From: Candidatus Eiseniibacteriota bacterium
GTDB taxonomy: Bacteria > Eisenbacteria > RBG-16-71-46 > CAZEPH01
Direction of reading: 5' to 3'
DNA length: 17,287 nt
Assembly (NCBI GenBank): GCA_044229145.1
Contig: JBGATO010000077.1
Span: 1 to 17,287, forward strand
Part shown: positions 16,022 through 17,287 of the stretch, in pieces
Position numbering within the stretch: the first letter of the stretch is position 1
Layout of the letters: every line of letters begins with the position of its first letter
The notes under the pieces: model-generated
Databases searched by the model: none
Told to the model about the DNA's origin: nothing
What the model saw: the letters and a program-made list of their open reading frames with translations, nothing else
Made by a program: the position numbers and the translations under genes

Positions 16022-16369
16022 TCAACTCCCGCGGTACGTCGTGCAGCCGAACGGCGACAGCAACAGCGGCACGTGATACGCGCGGCCGGTGTCGGTGATC
16101 GTGAGGTCGAGCGTCACGCGCTCGAAGAACGCCTCCGCCGCGCCCTGCGCCCGGCGATACGCGCCGACCGCGAACGACAGCCGGTAGGCGCCCGGCACCA
16201 GCGCGCGTTCGCCCTGCGTGGCGAGCAGATCGGCGATGCGTCCGTCGGCGTTGGTGACGCCCTCGCCTGCGAGCGCGTCGCCGTGCCACAGCGTGACCGC
16301 CACGCCGGCCGCCGGCTGTCCGGTGGCCGTGTCGAGGACGTGAGTCGAAATCGTGGGACGATGTGCCAT
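16022..16369 (-). CDS. uraH: 5-hydroxyisourate hydrolase (transthyretin-like), cytoplasmic
   Basis: ISTHVLDTATGQPAAG, TNADGR, YHVPLLLSPFG and the C-terminal YRGS signature. No signal peptide. Confidence 0.95.
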   Translation of the reverse strand: MAHRPTISTHVLDTATGQPAAGVAVTLWHGDALAGEGVTNADGRIADLLATQGERALVPGAYRLSFAVGAYRRAQGAAEAFFERVTLDLTITDTGRAYHVPLLLSPFGCTTYRGS

Positions 16370-16453
16370 GCGGCGCAGACTACCACCGATCGCCGCGCGC
16401 TGCCCGCGCGGAATCGTTGCGGCGGGCCGCGCGGTCCCGCTACGATGCGGCGC
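16370..16453. promoter_or_regulatory. Back-to-back leaderless promoters for uraH and DUF3830
   Basis: Minus strand: TG-G-TAGTCT-gcgccgc-ATG. Plus strand: TTGCGG-N18-TACGAT-gcggcgc-ATG. Neither gene has a Shine-Dalgarno. Confidence 0.6.
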
Positions 16454-16867
16454 ATGAGCGACCTGATCGTCACCCTCGGTGACACGCGCTTCCGCGCCCG
16501 CCTCGAAGAGACCGCCGCGCCCAAGACCTGCGCGGCGATCCGCACCATCCTGCCGTTCTCCAACAAGCTGATTCACGTGCGCTGGAGCGGCGAATCGTGC
16601 TGGGTGCCGCTCGGCGAGTTCCGCCTCGGCCTCGACTACGAAAACCACACCTCGTACCCGGCGCCCGGCCAGATCCTGATCTACCCGGGCGGCATCAGCG
16701 AGTGCGAGATCCTGGTGCCCTACGGCTCCTGCGCCTTCGCGTCGAAGGTCGGCTTGCTTGCCGGCAACCACTTCGCGACCATCGTCGAGGACTTGCCGAA
16801 GCTCGCCGAGATCGGCCGCGACACGCTGTGGAGCGGCGCCAAAGACATCCGGATCGAGTTGGCGTAG
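16454..16867 (+). CDS. DUF3830 family protein (cyclophilin-like fold)
   Basis: AP.TCAA....LP, IHVRWSGE..WVP, ENHTSYPAPGQILIYPGG.SE.EIL..YG and FASK.G.LAGNHF motifs. Confidence 0.85.
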   Translation: MSDLIVTLGDTRFRARLEETAAPKTCAAIRTILPFSNKLIHVRWSGESCWVPLGEFRLGLDYENHTSYPAPGQILIYPGGISECEILVPYGSCAFASKVGLLAGNHFATIVEDLPKLAEIGRDTLWSGAKDIRIELA

Positions 16868-17287
16868 ATGTTCGATCTCGTGGTGCGCGGCGGGCGGGTG
16901 GTGACGCCCGCCGGCGTGGTGGACGCCGATGTCGGCGTGCGCGGCCACGCCATCGCGGAGATCGCGCCGTCGCTCGGCGAGGCACGCGAGTCGCTCGACG
17001 CGCGCGGCCTGCTCGTGCTGCCCGGCGCCGTCGACGTGCACACGCATGTGCGGCCGGCCATCGACGAGTTCCCCGACCGCTTCTTCCGCGACTCGGTGGC
17101 CGCCGCGTGCGGCGGGACGACGTCGTATCTGGCGTTCGCGTGGCAGCCGCTCGGCGGCTCGCTGCGCGCGACGCTCGACGAGTTCGTCGGTCTCACCGCG
17201 CGCGACGCCGCGGTGGACTACGGCGTCTCGCTGATCGTCACCGATGCGCGCGACGAAGCACTCGCCGAGATCCCGCGCCTGATCGAC
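16868..17287 (+). CDS. Cyclic amidohydrolase (dihydropyrimidinase/hydantoinase/allantoinase family), 5' part, truncated by the window end
   Basis: Not in the ORF track because it has no stop. Manual translation gives MFDLVVRGGRVVTPAGVVDADVGV...LVLPGAVDVHTH...AAACGGTT...AAVDYG, with the HxH metal-binding motif. The ATG directly follows the DUF3830 stop. Confidence 0.88.
   Translation, partial: MFDLVVRGGRVVTPAGVVDADVGVRGHAIAEIAPSLGEARESLDARGLLVLPGAVDVHTHVRPAIDEFPDRFFRDSVAAACGGTTSYLAFAWQPLGGSLRATLDEFVGLTARDAAVDYGVSLIVTDARDEALAEIPRLID

Noticed and set aside
9132..16453. Long N-terminal extensions in the ORF track for FAH (9132), M20 (10694), S8 (12427) and DUF3830 (15902), and likewise uraD (16289) and uraH (17047)
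   Set aside because: The extensions overlap other real genes. Family similarity, RBSs, coupling and promoter positions support the shorter starts, so these are not fusions.
1..17287. tRNA, rRNA, CRISPR array, transposase/integrase or prophage genes
   Set aside because: None recognisable by eye. The window is almost fully occupied by protein-coding genes.

Overview
This is a high-GC (roughly 70% by eye) bacterial chromosomal segment with about 16 real genes; most other ORFs in the track are GC-rich shadow frames. Left part (+ strand): a sigma70 promoter with a long leader, an 83-aa polyacidic protein, agmatinase (speB) and an intrinsic terminator. Next come a BrnT-like/RHH toxin-antitoxin pair, an aldo/keto reductase, an MmcQ/YjbR protein, an NCS1 nucleobase/hydantoin permease that appears to start at CTG, a secreted hypothetical protein and an RlmI-like rRNA methyltransferase. 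Middle: a 1133-aa secreted beta-helix protein with ~220-aa repeats (- strand). Right part: a ureide/purine-catabolism-like cluster (FAH-family hydrolase, M20 amidohydrolase, HIU hydrolase uraH, an OHCU decarboxylase fused to a TPR-like region, DUF3830, and a hydantoinase/allantoinase cut by the window edge), interrupted by an S8 subtilase. The two large secreted proteins share a FlgD-Ig/T9SS-like C-terminal tail, suggesting a non-Bacteroidota FCB-group organism (inference). The best leads are the UraD-TPR fusion, the urate/ureide cluster with DUF3830 and FAH in place of canonical steps, mirror-image leaderless promoters, the CTG start, and the polyacidic protein ahead of agmatinase. Family calls come from motif recognition only; no database searches were run.
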